Shown here: in pieces, positions 56,313-64,000 of the stretch
How the letters are laid out: every line of letters starts with the position of its first letter
How positions within the stretch are numbered: position 1 is the first letter of the stretch
From: Fibrobacteria bacterium
GTDB taxonomy: Bacteria > Fibrobacterota > Fibrobacteria > UBA11236 > JADFYW01
Length of the DNA: 64,000 nucleotides
Assembly (NCBI GenBank): GCA_050294405.1
Contig: JBNKOC010000016.1
Coordinates: 325,178-389,177 of the forward strand
Direction: 5' to 3'
Notes under the pieces: model-generated
The model's input: only the letters and a program-made list of their open reading frames with translations
What the model was told of the DNA's origin: nothing
Databases searched by the model: none
Program-made: the position numbers and the translations under genes

Positions 56313-58514
56313 ATGGATTTATTTTCCTCAGAGCAAGAAATTTTGGACTATCAAAAGGCCAATAAAGAACCCCTGGCTTCCCGTTTAAGGCCCCGCAAAT
56401 TGGAAGATTTACTGGGGCAATCTCACATATTAGGGCCCGGTAAACTTTTGAGACGGGCTATTGTGGCCGACCAGCTTACTTCTCTTATTTTTTACGGTCC
56501 GCCGGGAACAGGCAAAACCACTTTGGCAAAAATTATAGCCAAAACCACCAAGGCTGACTTTTTTGCTATTAATGCTGTGTTAGCAGGAGTAAAAGATATC
56601 CGTGAAGCCATCCAAAAGGCGGAAACCGGTAAAAAACAAGGGGGAAGGAAATCCATTTTATTTGTGGACGAAGTGCATCGTTTTAACAAAAGCCAGCAGG
56701 ACGCTCTTTTGCCGCACGTGGAAAATGGCACCTTAACATTAATCGGAGCCACTACGGAAAATCCATTTTTTGAAGTGAACAAGGCTCTTCTTTCCCGTTC
56801 CCGGGTGTTTCAACTGCGTTCCCTGGAAGAAGAAGATATTATGCAGCTTTTGCAAAGAGCTCTTTCCGATCCCAAGCTGGGCTATGGGGAGCACCCCCTG
56901 GAAGTGGAAAAAGAGGCTCTGGAACACATAGCTAAAAGTTCCCAGGGTGACGCGCGGGCGGCTTTAAATGCACTAGAGCTAATGGTAGAGCCGCTTTTAG
57001 GGCAGGACCAGCCCCTTAAGGTGGGGATGCGGGATGCCGAAGAGAGCATTCAGAAAAAGGCTGTGTTATACGATAAGGATGGAGATGCTCATTACGACAG
57101 TATCTCAGCGTTTATAAAAAGTATTCGGGGTTCCGATCCCGACGCCGCTTTACATTGGATGGCAAAAATGATTTATGCCGGGGAGGACCCCCGTTTTATT
57201 TTTCGACGGATGTTAATTTTGGCTTCGGAAGATGTGGGGCTGGCAGACCCCAATGCTCTTTGCGTGGTGATGAACGCGGCTCAGGCTTATGATTATGTTG
57301 GACTTCCCGAAGGTCAGTTTCATTTGACTCAGGCTTGTTTGTATCTGGCCAATGCTCCTAAAAGCAATAGCGCCTTCGCCTATTTTGATGCACTGGGCGA
57401 TGTGCAGCAGGGACAAAAAAGCGAGGTGCCCAACCATTTAAAAGATTCCAGCCGGGATGGGGAAGATTTGGGCCATGGACAGGGATATAAATACCCTCAT
57501 GCCTATCGTGACCATTGGGTGGCCCAACAGTACTTACCCGGGGAGTTGCAGGGTAAGGTTTATTATGAGCCCAGTGACTCGGGTTTTGAAAAAAGTTTAA
57601 AAGAAAATTTGCAGCGCCGAAGGGAGCTTCAAATTAGTGCGGCTCTGGAAATGGAAAACCAAAGCAATGGCTTGAACAAGGCCAGTAACATCAGGGACTA
57701 TTGGGTGAACCGGAGTTTAAAGAGCAATAGCCAATGGATGGCTGAACTTAGGGAATTGATGTTAAAAGAACTAGCTCCCCAAAGAGAAGATTTGCTTTTG
57801 GATTTGTCAGGCTACCTGGGTTTTTTAACCTGGGAAAGTTTGCGCTGGTTGCCCAGGGGAGGGGTTTTTAGCGCCTGTTATTCTGAAAAAGAGGAGAAGC
57901 AGCTTAAAGACTGGAGCGCTCATTTTAAATTTGAAAACCAGCCCCAGGTGTTTTTGTGGGAGGAGGATCAAATGCCTGCCAGTTTTTACCTGGAAAAAGA
58001 AGCTGTGCGCTTTGACCATGTATTGGGGTTTAATTTGGGTAAAAGAGCTGAGGGACTTTTACTTCGACTGCTGCAAGACAAAAAACATATGAATACTCAG
58101 CTAAAAATATGTTTGGGGGAATTTTCTAAAGCCCACTACCATCCTTTTTATAAAATACTGGAATACAGTGGAGCGTTAACTGGGGGCGAGCTTCAAGAAT
58201 TGGAAAAACTGGAAAATATCCACCGGGAAGCAGAGGCTCAAAAACAAAATTCCCCGTTAACTTTAGAAGGTTTTGAGCTTAAGGAGGGTTTTAAACAAAT
58301 AAATAGCCGAAAAATTTTAGATGTTCCCTGGCTGGAGGACTTATTCAGTCCCGGTAAAGATTTGTCCCCCGGCAAAAAATTTGTGCAAACTCTGGGTGGA
58401 GAATTGCAAAAAAATTTAAGAGAGAAACTTTTTTTATGGGTGAAAAAAAGGCCTGAGATTCCCTGGACCCAAGGCCTGCGCCTTAATTTGTACCAAAGAA
58501 AAAGCCGGGATTAA
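56313..58514 (+). CDS. rarA: Replication-associated recombination protein A (long form)
   Basis: PLASRLRP, GPPGTGKTT, DEVHRFNK.QQD, GATTENP and SAFIKSIRGSDPDA, plus a ~280-aa C-terminal extension. Confidence 0.93.
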   Translation: MDLFSSEQEILDYQKANKEPLASRLRPRKLEDLLGQSHILGPGKLLRRAIVADQLTSLIFYGPPGTGKTTLAKIIAKTTKADFFAINAVLAGVKDIREAIQKAETGKKQGGRKSILFVDEVHRFNKSQQDALLPHVENGTLTLIGATTENPFFEVNKALLSRSRVFQLRSLEEEDIMQLLQRALSDPKLGYGEHPLEVEKEALEHIAKSSQGDARAALNALELMVEPLLGQDQPLKVGMRDAEESIQKKAVLYDKDGDAHYDSISAFIKSIRGSDPDAALHWMAKMIYAGEDPRFIFRRMLILASEDVGLADPNALCVVMNAAQAYDYVGLPEGQFHLTQACLYLANAPKSNSAFAYFDALGDVQQGQKSEVPNHLKDSSRDGEDLGHGQGYKYPHAYRDHWVAQQYLPGELQGKVYYEPSDSGFEKSLKENLQRRRELQISAALEMENQSNGLNKASNIRDYWVNRSLKSNSQWMAELRELMLKELAPQREDLLLDLSGYLGFLTWESLRWLPRGGVFSACYSEKEEKQLKDWSAHFKFENQPQVFLWEEDQMPASFYLEKEAVRFDHVLGFNLGKRAEGLLLRLLQDKKHMNTQLKICLGEFSKAHYHPFYKILEYSGALTGGELQELEKLENIHREAEAQKQNSPLTLEGFELKEGFKQINSRKILDVPWLEDLFSPGKDLSPGKKFVQTLGGELQKNLREKLFLWVKKRPEIPWTQGLRLNLYQRKSRD

Positions 58515-58528
58515 CAAACCCCGGCTTA
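58502..58528. terminator. Probable bidirectional terminator between convergent genes
   Basis: AAGCCGGG-attaacaaac-CCCGGCTT. Confidence 0.6.
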
Positions 58529-58573
58529 AAAACGTTCCTTACTCCTTAATTTTTAGAAGTCGTCTAAAAATTC

Positions 58574-59563
58574 TTAAGGCAGAAATTTTTCTGAAATTAC
58601 ATTGTCTTGTTCGAAACGAAGGCTGACCAAATCGGCATCCGCGGGAACTTTAAAAGTCATTTCACCCACGCCGGTTTCTTCACCAAGGTCTACATCTTTT
58701 TTGGAGAAAGCCCCTCTTCTGGAAGCGGGGGAGTAAGTGTTACCTTCGGCATCCACCAATGCAAAATTTTCGGATAAAAATTTGAACCGAGTGGTGGATC
58801 CGTTATAGGCCTGGACTTGTACAGCGGTGCTTCCACCGGAACGTTTTATGGAACGAATTCCCAACAGGACTCCGTATTTGTTGATGGCTGGAATAGGCCG
58901 GTCTATAAGCCCTTGTAAGTCGTACATAAGATAGGTGCTAAGATTGGCTTCGCGAATTTTACTCCACAGTTCGTTCACCTCTTCAGTAGGCTCTACAAAC
59001 ATGCTGAGTTTGTTCAAAAGGTAATCTGCCACAATTCCCTGTTCGGGATTTCCGCCTTTGGCTGAATTGTATTCGTCTTCAGCCATGGAAAGGTATTTGG
59101 AGATAAAGTCGCTCTCTATTTTAGCAACCTGGGAAGCAGCCGCAGCGCCGCCGTATTTTTTAGCGATTTTAAGAAACTTAAAACCACGGTCTTCCAAATC
59201 GAATTCGTCATTGCCTATTAATTTGGTCCCGATATTTAGGGCTGTTTTCCCATAAAATTCTTCGGTTTCCTTTTTAACCCCTTGTTGAAGCAATTCTCCG
59301 ATTTTTTCCATATAACTGTCGTAAACTTCGTAACTGGGTGCTTCATTGCTGGCTTGTTCCAATGCCCCAATGTATGCTTTGGCTAAATTGTTGGGAAAAT
59401 TTTTGCTGCCATTGCCTTTTTCAGTTACATATTTATAGCGCTGAAGGGCGTTCATATACCGGCCAGCTTCCAAATGCTTATCTCCCTGTTTTTCATAGGC
59501 AGATTTGCAGGAAATAAGGCTGATAGACAGACACAACCCTAACACTGCTAAAATTTTATTCAT
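58574..59563 (-). CDS. Lipoprotein with a helical N-region and DUF4352-like C-terminal domain
   Basis: Lipobox ISC; NFALVDAEGNTY...G.M.FKVP. Confidence 0.65.
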   Translation of the reverse strand: MNKILAVLGLCLSISLISCKSAYEKQGDKHLEAGRYMNALQRYKYVTEKGNGSKNFPNNLAKAYIGALEQASNEAPSYEVYDSYMEKIGELLQQGVKKETEEFYGKTALNIGTKLIGNDEFDLEDRGFKFLKIAKKYGGAAAASQVAKIESDFISKYLSMAEDEYNSAKGGNPEQGIVADYLLNKLSMFVEPTEEVNELWSKIREANLSTYLMYDLQGLIDRPIPAINKYGVLLGIRSIKRSGGSTAVQVQAYNGSTTRFKFLSENFALVDAEGNTYSPASRRGAFSKKDVDLGEETGVGEMTFKVPADADLVSLRFEQDNVISEKFLP

Positions 59564-59724
59564 GGATACCTCACTTGTGTTTTAGAGATTTATCAAAATG
59601 TAAGACCAAAAGCCATTCCTGGCAAAGGGAAATCCTATAGATAGGAACTTACACAAAATTTGAAAGTATACACGCAAACCTTGGAAATTTTTGTTTATTT
59701 TGATTAACTTGTTGTAAAAATTTT

Positions 59725-59801
59725 GGGCCCATAGCTCAGTTGGTTAGAGCAAGCGACTCATAATCGCTTGGTCCTAGGTTCAAGTCCTAGTGGGCCCACC
59801 A
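59725..59801 (+). tRNA. tRNA with CAU anticodon, most likely tRNA-Ile2 (lysidine-modified)
   Basis: Cloverleaf with encoded CCA. The GCGA-CTCATAA-TCGC arm is as in ileX-type tRNAs; it lacks the initiator GGG/CCC anticodon stem and C1.A72 mismatch. Confidence 0.9.
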
Positions 59802-59828
59802 AACTCCCTTTGCCCAAGGAGTAGCCCT

Positions 59829-60413
59829 TTGAAAAAACTGGTTTTAGCCGGCGACTCCCTTATGCATGGGCCAGGTGGTTATGCTTCGCTTTTGGAGTCC
59901 ATGTTACTGTATTCCTGCCCGCAAACCCAATATTTATTTGAGTCGGTTAAACAACACTGCGAAAATGTGGAGGCCTTTTTGGAACACGGTATTCCCATTG
60001 TTTTGGGTCGGGCACCTTCCCTAATATATTTGGGCACTGGTTTTAACGGCATGGACGCTCCTCACAGTTCCCAGTATTTGTTGGAAAAAACAGAAGAGGC
60101 CCTCAGTACTCTAAAGCGCAAGAGCGATGCACAAATTTTTATTTCCAATTGGGTTTCCGAATTTTACCGGGGCAACTCTTATCTTCACCAACGCTGTCTT
60201 GATTTTAACGGCGGGCTTAAGCAAATTTGTGAGGAGCTTAAAATTCAATTAATCGATATCGACAGCCCTGCCGGGGAGTTTTTACAAAGCCACCGGAGTG
60301 GAAAAGGCGAAAAAAGAGCTCTCCATCGAGAAGGCCCCAATTTATTGCCCATGGGGGCCTATTTAATTTCTAGTATTGTAGCGAATTCACTTATCCCAGA
60401 GATTGGATTATGA
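59829..60413 (+). CDS. SGNH/GDSL hydrolase-like protein
   Basis: LAGDSL block I and GFNG block III; catalytic DxxH degenerate (EGPNL). TTG start after AGGAG. Confidence 0.7.
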   Translation: MKKLVLAGDSLMHGPGGYASLLESMLLYSCPQTQYLFESVKQHCENVEAFLEHGIPIVLGRAPSLIYLGTGFNGMDAPHSSQYLLEKTEEALSTLKRKSDAQIFISNWVSEFYRGNSYLHQRCLDFNGGLKQICEELKIQLIDIDSPAGEFLQSHRSGKGEKRALHREGPNLLPMGAYLISSIVANSLIPEIGL

Positions 60414-60940
60414 TTGTGACCAGCGAAAAAATTGAAGATTTTGTAAGAACCATTCCCGATTTTCCAAAACCGGGCATCAGCTTTAAAGATATTACTCCCA
60501 TTTTGCTAAATCCACCTATTTTCAGACAGGCTATCCGTGATTTAGCCGAGCCCTTTGCCCAAGAAGGGGTCAATTACGTTTTATCGGCTGAAGCCAGGGG
60601 GTTTATTTTTGGCCCTCCCGTTGCATTGGAGCTGAATGCTGGCTTTATTCCCCTTCGCAAACCGGGTAAATTGCCAGGGGATACGGTAAAAGAGAGCTAT
60701 GACTTGGAATACGGCAGCGATTCCCTGGAAATCCATACCGGCCATTTGCCAAAAGGCAGCCGGGTTTTGCTTCTGGACGACGTTTTGGCCACTGGCGGCA
60801 CCATGGCGGCAGCCTCCAAATTAGCAGAAAAACTGGGTGCCATCGTAATTGGTTTTTCTTTTTTAATTGAATTATCTTTTCTCAACGGAATTGATAAATT
60901 AAAAGGGAAAAAGGTTTTCTCCCGGATTAAATACGATTAG
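60410..60940 (+). CDS. apt: Adenine phosphoribosyltransferase
   Basis: PDFPKPGI.FKDIT, EARGF and LLDDVLATGGT. Confidence 0.98.
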   Translation: MIVTSEKIEDFVRTIPDFPKPGISFKDITPILLNPPIFRQAIRDLAEPFAQEGVNYVLSAEARGFIFGPPVALELNAGFIPLRKPGKLPGDTVKESYDLEYGSDSLEIHTGHLPKGSRVLLLDDVLATGGTMAAASKLAEKLGAIVIGFSFLIELSFLNGIDKLKGKKVFSRIKYD

Positions 60941-60982
60941 ATTCAATTGAGAAAACTGAATTTTAACATTGTAGGATAAAAA

Positions 60983-61327
60983 TTGGACAATCCGTTTGAT
61001 AATAAAGACGAACACGACCGCTACCTGCGCAAAAACCTTGCTCTAAGCCGGGCTTATGATATTGATAGAAAAGACAAAATCAAGGCCAAGCAAACTCGTG
61101 GTGAAATAAAACACACAGTAACTAAGTGCCATAAATGTAAAGAAGAAAAGCCTTGTATGCCTCACCAGATAATGCAAACTGGTACCTTTGAGGGCGCTGC
61201 TTCTGTATCCAAGGAACTGGTTTTTTTCTGCGACGATTGCTCACCGGAAAAAAAGAAAAAAGACATGTCCATGTCTAAAAAGCAAATCAAGGCTTTATTG
61301 CGCGGGGCTAAAAAAGGCCGACTGTAG
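60983..61327 (+). CDS. Small basic hypothetical protein with a putative zinc ribbon
   Basis: CHKC and CDDC pairs; followed by a terminator. Confidence 0.65.
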   Translation: MDNPFDNKDEHDRYLRKNLALSRAYDIDRKDKIKAKQTRGEIKHTVTKCHKCKEEKPCMPHQIMQTGTFEGAASVSKELVFFCDDCSPEKKKKDMSMSKKQIKALLRGAKKGRL

Positions 61328-61352
61328 CTAAATAAAATTTTTGATTTTTATG

Positions 61353-61389
61353 AACCCTCTGGACATAAATGTTTAGAGGGATTTTTTTT
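61353..61389 (+). terminator. Rho-independent terminator
   Basis: CCCTCTGGACA-taaa-TGTTTAGAGGG followed by A and T8. Confidence 0.85.
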
Positions 61390-61700
61390 ATCTTGTTTTT
61401 ATATTTGAAAAAAAACGCAACCCAAATTATCCTCAACTGGTCCGTGCGAAAACCTTAAACAAGTCGGGTTTAATTTCAGGGTTTAGGTCTCACCTCGCTT
61501 AGGTCAGATCTTATCTTTTTAGCGGTCCCTAAGAATTTTACCCAATTTGCAATTTTAAAAACTTCTTTCCTTTTTCGATTTTATCGGCTTATTTCAAAAT
61601 TTGGCTCTATATTATTAGGGACTTCCGGGATTTACATCATATGGAGAAAGTAGTTGAGGGCTTTTCCCATATCTGGGCAACGGATAAAAAGGGGGAGGGT

Positions 61701-62630
61701 TTGAATTTGAGTTTCAACGATTTTGTCTGTAAAAGACTACGGCCAATTTTTTTTGGAATATTTTCACTGGTCTCAATTACCAGTGCCAATTGGGTTTTAG
61801 ACTGGGCTCAGGAATTCGAAGAAGAAGGCCTGCCTTCCTCTGAATTTTGGAGTTATGAAACAGGCTATGTTCGCAACAACGAAGATCAGTATTATACCAG
61901 GGAGCGGGAAGAAAACGCCAGGGTGGAAAATGGCCATCTGGTAATTGAAGTGCATAAAGACAATTACCAAAACAATACATATACATCCGCTTCTATACAT
62001 ACTAGCGGAAAAAAAAATTTTCAATATGGGCGCTTTGAGCTACGGGCTAAAATAAACATCAGTGGCGGAAGCTGGCCTGCCTGGTGGACGGTAGGAACGC
62101 GCAGGGGCTGGCCTACCGGCGGTGAAATTGATATGATGGAATATTATCGGGGAAAAATTTTATTTAATACCTATTGCGGTGACAATTGTAACGGAGGCTG
62201 GGATACAGAAACCCAGAATGTAAATGAAGCCTGGGCGGATTCTTTTCATGTCTGGCGCATGGACTGGGATAGCAGTTTTATTAGGCTTTATGTGGATGAT
62301 GAGCTTATGAACGAGACAGATTTATCCAATACTTTTGTCAATGGGAATAATCCCTTTAGAGAGCCCCACTATATGATAGTTAATCAGGCTTTAGGGGGGA
62401 ATAATGGGGGAACCATAGAGGATGAAGCCCTTCCTTTTCGCTATGAAGTTGATTACATAAGGGTGTATAAATGGGATCCAAACGCAACTTCCATTAGAAT
62501 ATCACCCCAGGAGCTTAATGCAGGACCTGCATTAACATGGCAAAATGGAAAGATGTTTTTTCAAGCTCCCAGGAAGGCGGAGTCACCCAAAAAAGTAGAT
62601 GGTCTTGGTCGGATACTTTTGTCCAAATAA
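61701..62630 (+). CDS. GH16 glycoside hydrolase (laminarinase-like)
   Basis: WPA.W and GEIDMME catalytic motif, VDYIRVY. TTG 61701 follows GGAGG and begins a signal peptide. Confidence 0.92.
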   Translation: MNLSFNDFVCKRLRPIFFGIFSLVSITSANWVLDWAQEFEEEGLPSSEFWSYETGYVRNNEDQYYTREREENARVENGHLVIEVHKDNYQNNTYTSASIHTSGKKNFQYGRFELRAKINISGGSWPAWWTVGTRRGWPTGGEIDMMEYYRGKILFNTYCGDNCNGGWDTETQNVNEAWADSFHVWRMDWDSSFIRLYVDDELMNETDLSNTFVNGNNPFREPHYMIVNQALGGNNGGTIEDEALPFRYEVDYIRVYKWDPNATSIRISPQELNAGPALTWQNGKMFFQAPRKAESPKKVDGLGRILLSK

Positions 62631-62645
62631 AATGTAATTTGAATT

Positions 62646-63572
62646 TTAAAATGACAGGCTCGGGGAGGCGTGAAGCTGGTAATTGCTTTGTAGTTTGCCT
62701 TGCGGGTCCTTAATGAACTCTCTGCGGATACCCATGCCAAAGCTGACATACATACTGCTGTAAACGGGATAATATAGGGCGGTGGAAAATCCAAAACCTT
62801 GCTTGTTCCAGATGGTTTTAAAGCTGAGGTCGGGCGAAATGGCCAGGTGGATTTTAAATTCTGTGTTAGTGAGCCAGCTTATTTTTTTCTCCCGGCTTTT
62901 TAGGAGTCGCGACAATTCCACAATCATAACATTGTAAAATTGGGGGTTTTCATGGAATATGTATCCTAACATCATGTCCCAGGTTCTGAATTTTTCCTCG
63001 TATTTTTTAAGGCCCTTGACCCTCCATTTAAACTCCAGCCAGTTGTCCCAAAGTAATACATTGTTATAGGAGGAAAGCGTTCCCACAGTAAGGATGTATC
63101 CCATTAAACCGTAGCCGCTCTGGGGCGGTTTGCCATATACCTGTTTTCTAAAATTCATTATTTCCCCCAGGAAGACCGAAAAGGCGAAGGGGTCCGTGTA
63201 TTCTGAGGACAATAATGTCATAACATTCTGCTCTCCGCTGGCAAAGTCCATGTTGTGAAAAGCTTCCGGTTTTTCGTCCTGCAACCAGGCGGAGGTCCAT
63301 AAAAGGGGGTAACTGCTGGCTTGAACTGAAAAGTATCCTGGTACAAAGGCGTTTTTTAACATCAACCCATATAGTTCTAACTCGTCGTTTTTAATTTCCC
63401 GAATGGTGTAGCGCTTTCGAAGGTCTATGTTTAGGGAAAAATAGGCTTCATAAGGGTCGAGGCCCAATTCGCCTCCCATGGCGCGGCCGTTGTATTTAGT
63501 GCCAAATGGCAACTCCACCATGGCACCATAGCAGCAAAAAGCCCAAATTAAAACTAGGCGCAAAAATCCCAT
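62646..63572 (-). CDS. Hypothetical exported or outer-membrane protein
   Basis: Signal peptide, amphipathic strands and terminal SLSF. Confidence 0.55.
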   Translation of the reverse strand: MGFLRLVLIWAFCCYGAMVELPFGTKYNGRAMGGELGLDPYEAYFSLNIDLRKRYTIREIKNDELELYGLMLKNAFVPGYFSVQASSYPLLWTSAWLQDEKPEAFHNMDFASGEQNVMTLLSSEYTDPFAFSVFLGEIMNFRKQVYGKPPQSGYGLMGYILTVGTLSSYNNVLLWDNWLEFKWRVKGLKKYEEKFRTWDMMLGYIFHENPQFYNVMIVELSRLLKSREKKISWLTNTEFKIHLAISPDLSFKTIWNKQGFGFSTALYYPVYSSMYVSFGMGIRREFIKDPQGKLQSNYQLHASPSLSF

Positions 63573-63715
63573 ATAGGCATTTTATCATTTTTTTATGGGA
63601 GAGAGGTTTTTATGCAAGAGTTTGTTGGGTCCAAATTTGGCTCCCGGGGTGATCTTGAGTTTTAAGCGCATTTGGCCCTTTTATGCGTGAATGGGAATTA
63701 GAAACCCCATTCTTG

Positions 63716-63849
63716 TTTACTTTGAAACGGGTTAGGTCCCTAAAATCATTACTCCTCCAAACTGACAACTACTTTACTTCGCGACTGGTTATACCTCGAT
63801 AATTTCTTGTCCTTCCAGTCCCACAAATACTTTACTTCGCAACTGGTTA
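63716..63849. repeat. Short interspaced direct-repeat array (two near-identical 27-bp copies plus a degenerate copy; period 57-58 bp)
   Basis: ACAAcTACTTTACTTCGCgACTGGTTA (63765-91), ACAAaTACTTTACTTCGCaACTGGTTA (63823-49) and TTTACTTtGaAACgGGTTA (63716-34). Confidence 0.7.
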
Positions 63850-64000
63850 AGCCCTACCCAGAGTAAAATATTGAACCTGGCTTAAAGGTTGCTCATTAAA
63901 GCATTTGTATGTCTGGAGTTTGAGGAACAAAATTCGCGGAAAATATTTTTAGGTGCGCAAAGCTGGTGGTTAGGCCTGAAGGATTAAAAGGTTGGTGTAT

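Noticed and set aside
59725..59801. Initiator or elongator tRNA-Met
   Set aside because: It lacks initiator hallmarks and resembles ileX-type tRNA-Ile2. Elongator Met is not fully excluded.
61440..61530. TPP riboswitch on the minus strand (TGAGA...ACCC...ACCCGA)
   Set aside because: P4/P5 cannot form, and there is no downstream gene in that orientation.
1..64000. Recoded stop codons, selenoproteins, frameshifted genes, and the many short antisense ORFs in the track
   Set aside because: Recognisable genes are full length in the standard code. The short overlapping ORFs are shadows of the real genes.

Overview
A gene-dense, AT-rich bacterial chromosome segment, most likely Fibrobacterota. This is inferred from a TIGR02147-family gene paired with a carboxypeptidase-regulatory lipoprotein, FCB-type rplM-rpsI-rpsB-tsf synteny, T9SS-like C-terminal tails and futalosine-pathway mqnE. 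Core genes include ybeY, mqnE, eda, tsaC, purD, astAB, dtd, purU, gntK, the rseP-dxr-cdsA-uppS-frr-pyrH-tsf-rpsB-rpsI-rplM block, gnd, rarA and apt, plus tRNA-Ala(GGC) and tRNA-Ile2(CAU). Between them are many uncharacterised envelope proteins. The best candidates for new biology are: (1) a six-gene outer-membrane redox operon (two beta-barrels, a diheme hydrazine-synthase-alpha-like lipoprotein, TlpA, DUF4266 and a DUF3570 barrel with a flavinylation motif); (2) a duplicated 98-bp element before purU that folds only through tandem G.A pairs and shows a compensatory change; (3) a ~195-nt structured RNA candidate, possibly 6S; (4) a short 56-58-bp-period repeat array at the right edge; (5) a triplicated GSGSET motif in the TIGR02147-linked lipoprotein; and (6) a FecR-Ig plus giant barrel pair with a CRP/FNR box at the class II position. 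No transposase, integrase, prophage or cas gene was seen. All family calls come from motif recognition by eye, not from database searches.
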